Assembly (NCBI GenBank): GCA_051294375.1
Contig: CM119264.1
Coordinates: 10,383,615-10,447,614, forward strand
DNA length: 64,000 nt
Reading direction: 5' to 3'
Source of the DNA: Paraspadella gotoi
Taxonomy: Eukaryota > Animalia > Chaetognatha
Positions 1-13,199 of the stretch are shown here, piece after piece. Numbering within the stretch: position 1 is the stretch's first letter; the number at the start of each line of letters is the position of its first letter. The translations under genes were made by a program, and so were the position numbers. The notes under the pieces were generated by a model. It was not told where the DNA came from and made no database searches. It saw only the letters and a list, made by a program, of their open reading frames with translations.

Positions 1-761
1 TAGGCACTCATGTGACTCCAGCTCCGAAGGACGAAAAAAAAAACCCGGCTGTATTTATTTTCCTTTCTTCTTTTTTTTTTCTTTTTTCTTATTCTTTTTC
101 GAGTCTGAAAAAAAAACTCTCAATCTTCACGTCCTTCGCATTCCCCGACTGGAGCGGAGTAAAGGACTCGTGGGGTAAGGTTCGTCGCTTCGCGCTCGGG
201 TGAGGAATTGTCTCATTATCATCTAAGCAAAGTTGATAAAGGATTAACAATTTAGGAATATGTTGGAATATGTAGGAAATGTAAGAATATAGGAAACAAA
301 TCGTATTGTAAACGGTCCTAGAGTTTAAATTCAATCCGACGAATTTTAAAATTAAAAGATTATAAAATTAATTACTTTTGAAATTTCACAAATAAAAAAC
401 TTAAAATTGAAGAACACCTAATCGCACTTTATTGGCCGCTAAAAACTTCACTTTTGATATTGATATTAAAGTACGAAATACGTTTTCCAACAAATTTTAA
501 GGGAAAAAAAATTGTTCGGCTCCTTTATTTCTAGGCGACGCCGGTATCGTCGTCGAGATCGTCTCTTCCTTTCCGGTTTACGCGGCGTCATCCGGCGCCA
601 CACGCGCGTTAATGGCGCCGTTTTTTCCACCGGAAGCCGTCGCGCTCGAACGACGCATGCGTGGTCGGGCCAACGATGTCGCCATAGTTCGCCACGTTTT
701 TCGTTGTGGCGGGTTGCGAGACAAAGAATATATTCGTTTTCAAGGCGATTAAAGAACTACG

Positions 762-763
<2 letters not shown>

Positions 764-835
<72 letters not shown>
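764..835. repeat. (CT)n microsatellite, representative of dozens of (CT/GA)n tracts in the window
   Basis: Perfect dinucleotide run; source of the many SLSL/ERER ORFs. Confidence 0.95.
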
Positions 836-840
<5 letters not shown>

Positions 841-1476
841 GGCATTCAGTTCCCGACTCTTATAACTTCCCCACCGTCTCACGGGATATCTTCCTCGTCC
901 GCTTCTCCCCCTCCTCCTCCTCCCTTTCCCTTATTATCATCCTCTTCCTCTTCCTCCTCCTTTTCCTCTTATTTTTCGTTTTCGATAAAAATTAATTCAT
1001 CGGAATCTTTTCCTCGTTGGCTCTGGGGAGAGACGGTAGTGAGAGGAAGAAAGGAAAAGAGAGAGGAAAGGGAGGAAGGAAAGGTGGGAGGAAGGGGAAG
1101 AAAGGAAAGGAGGGAGGAAGAGGAGAAATTAAAGAAGAAAAGAAAGAAAAATGGAAAGAAAATGATATGTTTTATTCAAATCTACTTATGATACAGTTGT
1201 ATTACAGTAAACAAGTACTTTAAACAAGAAATAATAAAGATTGAACTTGAAATAACAAACATGAAATAATATTGGAGGAAAATGGGAGAGACAGAGACCT
1301 CTAGAATCGTGACATCAATGGCAAAAAGTGAATCAATTCGTTCAAATGTAATATTTACACTTGAAATGAAAAACATCCACTCATAATATGGAATAAATCT
1401 CTCTCCATCAAGAAAGTCATCATAAACATCAGACACGACGTGAAGGAATGTACGTTTAATAAGCTTTATGTTCTCT

Positions 1477-1554
<78 letters not shown>

Positions 1555-1744
1555 ATTATTATATCAAAGACTCCGCAACTTTTAATCTTGTTTACCTCTA
1601 CTTTGACACAGTCGAATAACATCACTATACTACGAAACTATGTTGAGCGTTTTCATGAAGTCGATACAGATATTTTTAAGATTTTCGCTTTTCCGGAAAA
1701 TTAAAAACTTCACTCTCTTTATCATATTCCTAACATAAACCTTT

Positions 1745-1805
<61 letters not shown>

Positions 1806-3638
1806 CTTCTCTACACACAATGAATTCTCGATGAGATCTGAATCTATCCACGGCCTCACCGCCGCTTCGTTGTGCCGTGGGACGAGATAGCGGCGCCCTC
1901 TCTCTCGCTCAGACGGCATCGCCCGATTCCGCCCTTTCTCCATCTTCGCTTTATCCCTCTACCCATTCCCGGCAGCCCGGAGCCAATGCAAACGAACCCT
2001 GTGCCCTACTGAATTCCGACCCTGTTCACTCCAGGGATCCCAAAGTAGGGATCCGTAACTCTCCCCATAAGCCGCGTTCTTAACCTTCTCCCGACCTTTT
2101 TTTTTCTCACCGAAACCTTTTACCCACTTTTTTTTTTCCTTTTCCATTTTTTTTTCGTTTTCTCGCAGAAACTTTTTGTCGCGTATTATAGTTTTATTTT
2201 TAAATGTTATACGTATTTCTATGTACATATTTTACTTTCTTTTTAATGTGATTCTCCTATCTACCTTTTCTTTCTTCGCAACTTTCTCGTCACTTTTCCT
2301 TTCATCTCCCGATTTCTTTAACCTAACCTTTTCCTTTTTTCTTTCCTCCCTTTTTTTTTCTCATCAAAGCCTTTTCCTCCTTTTCTCTTTTCTTCTTCCG
2401 AAAACCTTTCCACATATTCACTTCGTTCCTCTTCCGATTCACGTCACACGAAGGAAGCTTTTGTGAAAAGCGGCGAAGCTCTTCGCTCCAATCTTCCTCC
2501 GAGTCTTTCGTCTCCAATCTTTTCAACCAGTTCAACTCTTTCGACCTCCTCAACTCAGATCGTCTCTTCTTCTTCTCAACCTTTTCAAAGCTTCGATCTC
2601 AGTTCTATTCTTTTTTCGACTCTTCGTCTTCATTTTCTGACTCTCGATATCCTTCCCCTTTCTTCCACGTTCATCTCGACTCGATTCAAAGCTTCATCAC
2701 TGAGATCGCGTCTTGAATTCGATTCGCTACAACCTTTGCCTTTGCCTCCCATCGACCGGATTCTACGATTCACAACCAGGACGTTTTCAAACTTCTCTCT
2801 TCTCTCTTTTCCATCGCCGACCCACTTTTCTCTTCCCTCGATGCCCCTCCTCTCTTCCCTCCCCCCCTTTTCCTCTTTCCTCGCTTCCACAATGAAGCCA
2901 TTGTGTCTTCACCGAGTGGAAATTTTTCGGCGCTCGTGGGATGCGCCGTGCGGTGAATCCGCGACGAAGCCGGCGTTCTCGTCGTCGTCGTCGTCGAATC
3001 TTTGAAACGAAAACCCGAAACATGGTCGCTATGGAAACGGAGAGAGCCGGTGCCGGAGCCGCCGCAGCCCCGCCGCGGCCCCGCCGCCAGTGCCGCCAGA
3101 AAAACCGCCGACGGGGAAAACAACGGATTCTTCGGCGTCTAAATAATTCAGAGGTAGAAATCGAGTCTAGGATTTTTTCCGCTGTACGTCCGATACCACG
3201 ATCCGTCCTTCTTCTTTTTATTCTTTTTTTTTTTTTATAATGTTGTGACGACGATCATATATATGGAGGGAGAGTCTCCTTTGGAATTTCACGGAAACAT
3301 CCAAGCAAAGAGAAAACGGAGATTTCCCGCAAGGCATACTGAAAATGAAACAGTAAACATTTCACGACCGCGATGATTAAAACTTTTATATTTATATGAA
3401 TAATTTCGGTTTTGAAAGAAGACCTTATGTCAAATAATTTGACTCATACCGAGTAATTAAATGCCACTAAACGTGGCTAAAATCAGGTCGTGAGAAGATG
3501 CAATTCCACAGTTGCTAGGTTTTGTTTGTAATGCAGCAGCGACACAGGGCGGAGCCCAAAGAGGTGAAATGGTGCAGTGGCAAAGAAAAATCGCCCCAAA
3601 TGGCGAACGAAATGAAAATAGCTGGAGGATGGCGGAAA

Positions 3639-3693
<55 letters not shown>
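3639..3693. repeat. (GTC)n trinucleotide microsatellite
   Basis: Perfect run. The same motif recurs at ~4080, 5820, 11315, 12965, 13630, 36090, 37020 and 56960. Confidence 0.95.
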
Positions 3694-5638
3694 CTTTGTC
3701 CAAGCAGTGAATTAATGACGAGAGTGGATTAAGTCGTCCGTTCGGAAAATGGACATGTTTACATTTTTTATTGTGTTATGACGGAGGAGAGCTTCATACA
3801 TTTCTGTAGAAATGACAAGATCTGGATTAAAAATGGAATGTATTTGACTGGTTAAATAATATTATTTTGAGCATGACTGAGCACACGCAGATTAGTCTTA
3901 AGTTTTCTTTTTGCCTTACCGTTGGTGAAGTAGAATATCTCTATTTAAGTATTTTCTTATGTTTTAAATAACTACAATAACTAACATTTTTTTTTAGTTT
4001 GTGAGACTAAATTTTTTTTTATGCGTGCAAGAGAAGTCGGCAACGTAATCCATCCTCTTCTTTCTCGTGATCGTCATCTTTGTCGTCGTCTTATCTCTGC
4101 CTTCTTCATCGTCGTCGTCGTTGTCGTCGTCGTTTTGCCCGTCGGCGTCGTCTTCCTCGTGTTGACAGATGAGAAAAACGGGATATGATTAGTTTTTCTA
4201 AGAAAGAAAAAAAAAGGAAAGAAGCTCATCTTCTCACTCTATGAAGTCTCACGCTTTTTATTTTATTTATCTTTTTAAGAAATCTGATGCGATTCCCTTT
4301 TTTTTTTCCTACAAAATCTGTCAAAGAGAGATTTGGAAATTTCCAACTTTCACAAGTTTCCTTCTCTCTTTTCTTTCACATTTTTTATATGTTATTCTTT
4401 TTTCTTTAAACCTTTTTTTTTCTTTTCATCTTTTATTCCAACCTATTTCCGATTTAATTTTTTTTTCTCTTTTCTTTTTCGTTTCGCTTTTTTTTTTATT
4501 TTCTGTTGCTTCGACTCGTTACTCTTGCAACTTTTCTCGGTGATTTATTTATACATTTTTGCAGCTTTTCGTTTCCGTAACTCGAATCGTTTCGAAAATT
4601 CGACGTTGTTTGTTTTTTGCCACTTTTTTGTTTATTTTCGTCCGTTTGGCTTTAAACGAGTGGATTTCAGCAAACTAAAAAATTTCCGTTTTCTACCTCA
4701 TTTGTTTGAATAAAATCGAAACGAAATTGGATTTTTGACGTTGCGCGGTTGTGCTGGAAGCGGGGGGAAACTCTGGGTATTCTTCTCAATTCACAATTTA
4801 GTGAAAACACTTTTTACTTGTATATATTAATTGATAATTTTCTGGAACAAATGGTCGACTAAATGAAAGAGTTAGTGAATACTACACTCTTGTAACGATT
4901 TAAATTTAAATTTAATTCATTTAATTCGCGAACCACAAATTTTTTAATTAATTCACATTGAAAACGGGAAAAAAATACATAAAAATGTAGTAGTTTATAC
5001 TTTATCACGAAACAATAGAACTCTTCGAATTAAATAGTTTTATTAAAATCAGTCGTAACTCTAGTACCTCCTTCACTCGGTTATACTTTTTTTTAACTCG
5101 ACGATTCACAGTGAGACAATTCACTGGTCACTTCACTACTTTTTTATTTTGAGTTATTCAACTTTCACACTCCCCAGTCGGATTTCACTTTTTCGTTCTT
5201 CACTTCATTCTCTCCTCAGCGTTTCCCCTTTTTCTTTCCTCCTTTCTCTCTCCCTTTCCTTTTTTCCTTTTTCACGGGTTATCCAACTGTGGAACTCCAA
5301 TAAATCATTTCTTTATGACAACCGAAGCAAACCGGAGGGAAAGAGAGAGAGCAGAGAGAGAGAAGAGAGAGAGAGAGAGAGGATGAGAGAGAGAGGAGAG
5401 AGAGAGCAGGAGAGAGAGGAGAGAGAGAAAGTGGTAGGGAAAAGGAAAGAGAGGAGGTTTTCAAACCTGTGGATGGCGCTAATTTTAAAATGAGAATTTT
5501 TTCTTTTCTTTTTTAAAACATTTTTCCGGGGAAAATATATCAAGAAAAAATTGCCGTAACGCGAGGGGGAGAAAAAGTCAACTTTTATCTTAACGACTTC
5601 CATGAAATAGAGAGAGAGAGAGAGAGGAGAGAAGAGAG

Positions 5639-5694
<56 letters not shown>

Positions 5695-6180
5695 CGGCGT
5701 CTCTTGTATTCGAAGGTCATAGTTGTTGCACTCAGGACCTTTTTTCTCTCACAGAAGAAGATGCTTCTTTCTCATTCACCATAGAAACCCGATCTTTATC
5801 TCGCATCGCCATCATCTTCGTCGTCATCGTCGTCGTCCTTTTCGTCGTCGTAGTTGTCGTCGTCGAAGATGGCGAAGATTTCCGGGTTATGGACGATGTC
5901 TTTTGGTCAAAGAATTTATTTTCTTTTTCTTCCCCCGAGATGGAGCGCGAGAAAAACAAATAGGTCACAATCGAAAGAACGACGATGACGACGACGACGA
6001 CGACGGACACGACGACGGCACATAGACGACCCTCTACCCAGTTGGGGTCAAAAACAAATCGAGTCCGTCAATCAAAGCAGCGAAGCAATAACATTATCGC
6101 TGAGAAACGACGTTAAAGAAAATAGAGTAGATGCAGATTGACTCAACGAATCTAAATGAAAACAATGGACATAACGAAGA

Positions 6181-6262
6181 AACGAACGAACACGAACGAA
6201 CGAACACGAACGAACGAACACGAACGAACTAACGAACGAACGAACGAACGAACGAACGAACG
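6181..6262. repeat. (GAAC)n tetranucleotide microsatellite with GAACAC interruptions
   Basis: Directly visible. Confidence 0.9.
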
Positions 6263-6308
6263 CATTTAACCAAACCCTTCTCCCCCAACCTCCCCATCTT
6301 TAACTCAC

Positions 6309-7854
6309 CCAGCGAGAGAACCCGGATGTCGTTTCCCCGGATCCAAACGGCAGGAACGGGAGAGGCGCAGGTGAAAGTGGTGGAGGCGTGGAGCGGCAAC
6401 GCGATCTCCACGTAAGTCAAACCGCAAATGGGCGTCACGAAAACTATGAGGGCGAGGAGTCGAAAGAAGGGAAAGGGGAAAAGAGAAGTGGGGGGTTTCT
6501 TGGCGGATCCGTCGAAAAGGGCGTGCTTGGCGGCGAAAAGGGCGGGGTCGGTCGGGTGAATCTTGGCAGAGACGACAGTGGTGACAGCGGCGGCGGAAAA
6601 GGGCGTTTTAGTTTTGGCGGGGTTTGGGTCGGCGCTGTCGGCGCGGTCGGCGACGTCGGTGGCGGCCGGGATGTCGGCGTGAGCTTTGTCGAAAGAGAGA
6701 GTCGGCGTTAAAATTAAGGGCGCGGCGTCTTTTTTCGAGACGTTCGAAGAAACGGCGTCATCGCGCCGTCGAGATCCGGCGCCGAAAATCTCTTCCTGAT
6801 TTTCGTTTAATTTTGAAAGAACTTTGGGGTTTCCCGTCATATTTTTGTCTCTCGTCCCGCGTCGACGATGAACGACGGCGTAGGAGACGACTACGACGGC
6901 GACGGCGACGAAAAAGGAGAAAAGTTTCTCGAACCAAAAACTGTAGGCGTCGTTGTTGTGGTCGTCGTCGTTGTTGTCGGGCGTGGCAACTGCGATTTCG
7001 TCTCGAAAGAGTTGGGCGCCGATCGACGCTTCGTTCTTCGTCGAGATGGAAATTACCTCGACGGCGACGACGATAACGACGACGATAACGACGAAATGTA
7101 ATCCCTCGATTATTCCGCGTAAAAACGTCAGATAAGATCTCGGCGAGGGTGATAACGAACGCGTCAAAGTCGACGTCGGAAATGACGTCCCCGCGAAGTC
7201 AGCGCCCGGACATTGCCGGGACGACGACGACGACGATAACGACGACGACGACGAGCTCTCGGGGGAGTCGATGCTCGCGACGACGACGACGACATCTTTA
7301 AGCCCTTCGTGACGACGAAGCCTTATCGAGTTCGCCCCCTCGCGGTCATTGTCGTTCCTCTCCTCGTCTTCATCCACTCCGTTTTCCTTCGATTCGCCTT
7401 CCTCCTTTTTCTCTTTTCTTTTTCCTCCCTCCGTGTCTTCCTCTTTCTTTTCTTTCTCCTCTTTCTCTTCGTACAATACGGACGATAAAATCACATTGAC
7501 ATCGAACACGCATGCCGCTGACCTCTTCGCCTCTCCGTCCTTTTCTTTTTCCCTTTCCTTTCTTTTCCTTTCTTTTCCCACGTGCGACTTCATTTTCTCT
7601 TTTTCTTCGTTTCTTTTCTCGAGCGTTGACCTTTGATCGTCTGCTTCCTTCACGCGGTCTTCTTGTTCTGCCTGAGACAGTGTGAGCGAAATATTCGCTT
7701 CTTTCTGTCGATCGGAAATGTTCGTCAAGACGGTGGGACGATTTAACGCTTTCCGATTGGCTGTCGAAGGGAACCAATCAGATCCGATCCGAAAGGAGGC
7801 AGATCCGGGCATCAGAGGGAAAACGCCGGGATTGTTTTCATTACTGTACGCCAT
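6309..7854 (-). CDS. Hypothetical protein, probable long first coding exon (low-complexity, charged N-terminal half, three hydrophobic segments)
   Basis: Only long gap-free ORF in the window (6229..7854, 541 codons). ATG at 7854 has in-frame stops upstream. A consensus donor G|GTGAGT (minus, 6308-6303) would end the exon at 6309 before the ORF runs into a (GAAC)n repeat. CCAAT promoter cluster ~170-210 bp upstream. No family recognised with confidence. Confidence 0.5.
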
Positions 7855-8004
7855 ATTTAGAGAGCGAATAAAGCTAAGAGTGTCGCTTCGCCGTCTGTCC
7901 GATCATCTTTATTCTATTTTTAGCTGCGAAAAGAAAACCGGCAGGTGTGACAATCGATAGGTGTGATCTTATATTTCCGTCCAAGGGACAAAAACGCGTC
8001 TTGT

Positions 8005-8070
8005 TCTTTTTAAATCAGCAAACGCTGATTGGGCGAAATTTCACAGTCCAATCCTCGCGCTGATTGGCCG
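8005..8070 (-). promoter_or_regulatory. CCAAT (NF-Y) box cluster, candidate promoter
   Basis: Minus strand carries GGCCAATCAG (8069-8060) and GCCCAATCAG (8034-8025), 35 bp apart, plus a plus-strand CCAAT at 8048-8052, an E2F-like TTTCGCCC (8038-8031) and TTTAAA near 8010. Lies just upstream of the 541-codon ORF. Confidence 0.5.
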
Positions 8071-8191
8071 AGCGTCGAGCGAAAGAAGAAACGCCGGGTC
8101 GCCCAGGGGATCAGGCTTTGGGTCGAAGAGGTGAACCGCGCGAAAGAGGGTTTCCTCTCTGGGAGGTCCGATCGGTGAACCGAGAGGGAGA

Positions 8192-8240
<49 letters not shown>

Positions 8241-8595
8241 TTGCTTCAAGGTAGTAGAAGCTTTTGGCGCCAACTTTTTTTTTCTTGCTTGTTTATTTTT
8301 GCATCGCCAGGATGAAAGGACGATGGTTTCCGTTGCTCTTTCGTTTTCTGTTGGAAGAAGAAAAAAGAGAATCAGTAAAAATAGAAAATATTTTAGTATC
8401 AAAGTTCATTCGCTATGGATGCAGAAAATGGTGGGTTGCTATTTTAAAGTTAATAGAATTAACCAATAATTTATATTTAAAAAAAAACCTAACTAATTTA
8501 AAAATTTAAAAAAACGATTTCAAAATTTAATCAAAATCGCAAAAACAACGTGAATTTGAAAAAAGATCAATGATCATTAAAAGCGAAACTTTAGC

Positions 8596-8936
8596 TTAAA
8601 ATGTTTGAAAACGAGGTACCGTAAAAAAAAGGGAGTTAGGATTTGTTTCTCTTGCGGTCAAAAGAATATTATTTATTTCCTTTGGATTTAGTGTCGACCG
8701 TTTGTTTGTTTTGGGAAAAATGGGTCGTTCGATGGATTGGAGCCTTAAACTCTCGGGGTGGATGAGGTAATGCAATTTTTCAGCCTTGAAATTTTGTAAC
8801 ATTGCACTACTCTCCACCCTCTCGGGCCCCACCTTAAATTTTAGAGTAAACATTTGTTGATTAACTTTCATTCCTCTACTAATGCGGTTAACAATAAATT
8901 TAGGAAAACATTGTACTGCAGCAAAACAGTTAGCTG
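8596..8936 (-). CDS. Possible terminal exon or decayed TE-derived coding fragment (~113 aa, ...KLHYLIHPESLRLQSIERPIFPK...KEINNILLTARETNPNSLFFTV)
   Basis: Non-repetitive open frame of normal composition in AT-rich DNA, preceded by an acceptor-like ttccgtttcag (AG at 8938-8937) and ending in TAA. No homology recognised. Confidence 0.3.
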
Positions 8937-10030
8937 CTGAAACGGAAATTAAAGAGAGCAAATAAGCTTTTTTCTAAATGTCCATTCTCTTTCTTCTTTT
9001 TTTCCCCCTCTCTCTCTCTCAGCATTCTCTCTCTCGTCTTCTCTCTCTCATTCTCATCTCTCTCTCTCCTCTCCTCTCTCTCTCTCTCTTTGTAGAATTT
9101 CGACAGGTTTTTGATAAAGGTGCGGACAATTGGCGCCCCGCTTTCCCCTTAATTACGTACGCCATTTATCTACGATTCTTCCGAGATGATCTGCTGAGTA
9201 TATTTTTTGTCATCAATACTGCTTGTTATTACCTTTTTTTTCACTTTTTTTGAGATTTCTGTCTTCGGTTCTCACACCTTACTTTTTTCATGGTTGGAAG
9301 GTTTCTTAGGGAGTACCGATTTTTCCTTATTTCTACTGTTTATCCTTATGTATGTCTCAATTTTCTAGTAAATAACTATACAACGTGAAAAAGAACTTAT
9401 TATTTATATTTCAATCGAGATATATTTAGGTATTTTCAGAAAGTTTTAGTAAAACATTAAAATTTAAAAATTTAACTGTATAACTATAACTATATACATT
9501 TCATAAATTGAAACCAAGGCGTGAACAAAAAGAAGTGTTAAAACTCATTCCTTACTAGCCCCCTTTCTGTTTTTCTCCGTGTGTCTTTTTCTCTCACTAT
9601 CCAACTATCTTTCTCTCATTCTTTTCTACCTTTTTTTCTTTCTTTCATGTAAAAAGTGGTGGGGGGGGGGGGGAAGAAGGAAAAAGAGGGAACAGTAAGT
9701 GAGAATAAAAGGGTTGAAGTAAGAGTGTGTGTTAAGTCGAATCGTGACAAGGATGATGTGGAAACGGCGGTCTTTCCGTCTATTTTTTTCCGCGTAACAT
9801 CGTAACATCAACACATGATGTTTGCTTGTTACGAGACGCTAAAACTATGACCATTGGCTGGAGTCACATAATCATTATAAACCTTCAAATTTGTTTCACC
9901 TTACCGCCGATAGACGCTGATTATCCGAAGACCCAATTGGTGAGTTGCCCGGGCTGAGGACGACTTATTTTGTAATAAGTTTTGAAACAATGTTAAAATT
10001 AAACTGTCTAACGTGACGGGGAAGAGAAGC

Positions 10031-10908
10031 NNNNNNNNNNNNNNNNNNNNNNNNNNNNNNNNNNNNNNNNNNNNNNNNNNNNNNNNNNNNNNNNNNNNNN
10101 NNNNNNNNNNNNNNNNNNNNNNNNNNNNNNNNNNNNNNNNNNNNNNNNNNNNNNNNNNNNNNNNNNNNNNNNNNNNNNNNNNNNNNNNNNNNNNNNNNNN
10201 NNNNNNNNNNNNNNNNNNNNNNNNNNNNNNNNNNNNNNNNNNNNNNNNNNNNNNNNNNNNNNNNNNNNNNNNNNNNNNNNNNNNNNNNNNNNNNNNNNNN
10301 NNNNNNNNNNNNNNNNNNNNNNNNNNNNNNNNNNNNNNNNNNNNNNNNNNNNNNNNNNNNNNNNNNNNNNNNNNNNNNNNNNNNNNNNNNNNNNNNNNNN
10401 NNNNNNNNNNNNNNNNNNNNNNNNNNNNNNNNNNNNNNNNNNNNNNNNNNNNNNNNNNNNNNNNNNNNNNNNNNNNNNNNNNNNNNNNNNNNNNNNNNNN
10501 NNNNNNNNNNNNNNNNNNNNNNNNNNNNNNNNNNNNNNNNNNNNNNNNNNNNNNNNNNNNNNNNNNNNNNNNNNNNNNNNNNNNNNNNNNNNNNNNNNNN
10601 NNNNNNNNNNNNNNNNNNNNNNNNNNNNNNNNNNNNNNNNNNNNNNNNNNNNNNNNNNNNNNNNNNNNNNNNNNNNNNNNNNNNNNNNNNNNNNNNNNNN
10701 NNNNNNNNNNNNNNNNNNNNNNNNNNNNNNNNNNNNNNNNNNNNNNNNNNNNNNNNNNNNNNNNNNNNNNNNNNNNNNNNNNNNNNNNNNNNNNNNNNNN
10801 NNNNNNNNNNNNNNNNNNNNNNNNNNNNNNNNNNNNNNNNNNNNNNNNNNNNNNNNNNNNNNNNNNNNNNNNNNNNNNNNNNNNNNNNNNNNNNNNNNNN
10901 NNNNNNNN
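10031..10908. other. Assembly gap (878 N). Other sized gaps at 44368-44521, 52495-52986, 53646-53852, 54741-55438, 62750-63070
   Basis: Runs of N. Confidence 1.
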
Positions 10909-11790
10909 CCGCCCCTTCGCGATTAATCCCTGACTTCCCTTCGACTTCCACGATCTCGCGCTGTGAACTTCTTCATAAATTCTTTCATTGATTTATTACT
11001 TCTTTGCGTTTCTCCATTCCTCAGCGAATTCATTTTCACAAGCTTTTTTTAATGTTCGCAATCATGGAGGGAGGGCGTAAAAGTTATGAAAGGAATTTCA
11101 TGTCTAAATTCCGTGTCTATCTGCTCCTAATGAAAAATTCTAAATTACGCGCTTGGTTCCCCCATGTTTATTTACATATAAACTTATAAACTATAATTTA
11201 TATATTGCCTAAAAGTGACGTTATTATAATTCTTTTTTATTAGTCATTACCTTCTCTGACCTTTTCTCCGAGAGAACGTTAACGATGCGAAATCCGAGAA
11301 GACGAGAAAATAAGACGACGACGACGACGACGACAACGACGACGACGAGACGTCGAGACGGCGTCGATTAGGAAACCCTGACAATAATTGATAATGAGCG
11401 GTCCTCCTCGCTGCGAGAGTTTTCCTCCTTCCCCACGCTCAATCGAAAGTCGGCGTCGATTATGAAAAATTCATCCCGCGGGGATTTTATGCTTTGGATT
11501 TTCTCACGAGGCTTCGACTTCACAGCCGAGTCGTCTTGGATTCGGCAGCTGCTCTCACCATTAATTAATTTTGGATTCCGTTTTAATTCGCCTTCGATTA
11601 ATTTACGATTCCTTTGATTACGTAGAGAGAAATTGCGCGCGAGGTGACGTGAACGAACCAATGATTTTTTTTTTAAATTTATGTATATGTATGCATTACG
11701 TTTCACGAATTGTCAAATTTTATGAGTGACCAAATATCAAAAAATCAAAAAGTTCGGGAATTTACGCATATAATAAAAAATTTTCGTTGA

Positions 11791-12237
11791 CGGCACATTT
11801 TTGATTCCAGGCACAGATTTTTAATGACTTAAGCGATCGAATTTCAGTATACTGTATTTTGTCTCTAGGAAATTTATAATTAGGATTATTTGAAGTTTAA
11901 TATTAGGTTATGTGTTAGGGTTGTAAATTAGGGTATAAGGATTGGGGTTTAGATTAGACTCGTGAGGGTTATGGGTTAGGATTTAAGGGCAGGAGGTTGG
12001 GATTAAGGTGAAGTATTAGAAATAAGGGTTAGATATTAGGTTAAGGTAATAGGAATAGGGATAGTGATTGAATTATAAATTTTGTTTAAAATTATGGTTA
12101 GATATTAAGTTTGATTTTAAATTTAGAATTGTAGAACGGAAATAGAGCGCTTTTTAAAGTAGTTCCAAATATCAACTGCTTTGAAATATGACGTAAAAGC
12201 GGAATGACGTCAACACAAAAATCTTAAAAAGTCGCCG
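11791..12237. mobile_element. Candidate non-autonomous DNA element with degenerate TTAGGG-like core
   Basis: Begins CGGCACATTTTT and ends AAAAAGTCGCCG (imperfect inverted termini). Interior 11880-12110 is a strand-biased TTAGG(G)/TTAGA tract. Same start motif and core type at 45552-45812. No TSD identified. Confidence 0.4.
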
Positions 12238-12402
12238 GAAATTTGTTAATTTTATTTTCTTTTTTTTGGGGGAGAAAAATTGTATATTTGCCATCTTTAA
12301 ATATACAGAAAGAGGATCAGAAAACAAAGTACGAAAGAATAAAAAAGATTAGAAGAGATGTGAATATAAGAGAAAAAAATATAATATGAGAGAAGATAAA
12401 AG

Positions 12403-12512
12403 AAGAGAAGAGAAGAGAAAAGAATAGAGGAGAAGAGAACAGAACAGAACAGAACAGAACAGAACAGAACAGAACAGAACAGAAGAGAAGAGAACAGAAG
12501 AGAAGAGAACAG
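12403..12512. repeat. (AGAAG/AGAAC)n pentanucleotide microsatellite
   Basis: Directly visible; complementary (TTCTC)n tracts at ~15690-15893. Confidence 0.9.
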
Positions 12513-13199
12513 AAGGAAAGAGAAAAGAAATGAGAAAAAAGAAAAGAAAGAGAAGAGAAAAAAGTGAATGAAATGGAAAAAAATGTGAAAAGAAAAGAAG
12601 AAAAGGAATGCAAAAAAAAAAGAAAAAAAAGAAAAGAGACGGAAGAGAATAAAAAGGATTTTTCTTCTTTTCGATGAAGGCGAGTCACGTGAGCGGGTTA
12701 ACTGGTGGAAGATAAAATACGAGACAAGAACCTCGACCGAAAAAAAATATATAGAAAAGAAGATAAACGAAGCAAAGAAAAGAAAAGAAAAAAAGAAAAG
12801 AAAGGAAGATGAGAAAATTAGGGTGAAGAAAAAGAAGCCGCGCAAAACAGCGATCCAAACTCTGAGCAGCTTCTTCCTTTTTTCTTTTCCTTTTTTTTTT
12901 CTCTCTCTCGAGCTTCGTTTACACAGAAAAAAAAATTGGAAGAAGGAGGAAAGTTAACATCATCGTCGTCGTCGTCGTCGTCGTCGTCATCATCGGCGTG
13001 ACTTTGCGGTTTTTCTCTTCGATCATTTCGTCGTCGGTAGTGTCGTCGTCGTCGTCGTCGTCGTCGTCTTCTTCGTCCTTACCGTGATCGAGATTCTCGG
13101 TTAGCGTGTGGAGAGAAAATTCGGAGGAAAGAAAAGAAAAGAAAAGAAAAATTAGGAGTGAGAAAGGGAAAGAGAAAAATCAAAGGAGCTCGAGGAAGA

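Noticed and set aside
706-1191. SLSL/ERER/poly-F ORFs here and throughout the window
   Set aside because: Read-through of (CT)n and polypyrimidine tracts that lack stop codons.
2323-3005. Glu/Arg-rich minus-strand frame interrupted by several TGA codons, hinting at TGA reassignment
   Set aside because: It is the expected antisense shadow of a pyrimidine-rich, Ser/Leu-rich plus-strand frame. There is no recognisable protein to anchor a recoding claim.
9965-10951. Long ORFs spanning N runs (also 52439-53437, 54637-55547, 62719-63463)
   Set aside because: Their length comes from untranslatable gap characters.
11880-12110. True telomere or telomere-fusion site
   Set aside because: Highly degenerate, single orientation and no head-to-head TTAGGG/CCCTAA junction.
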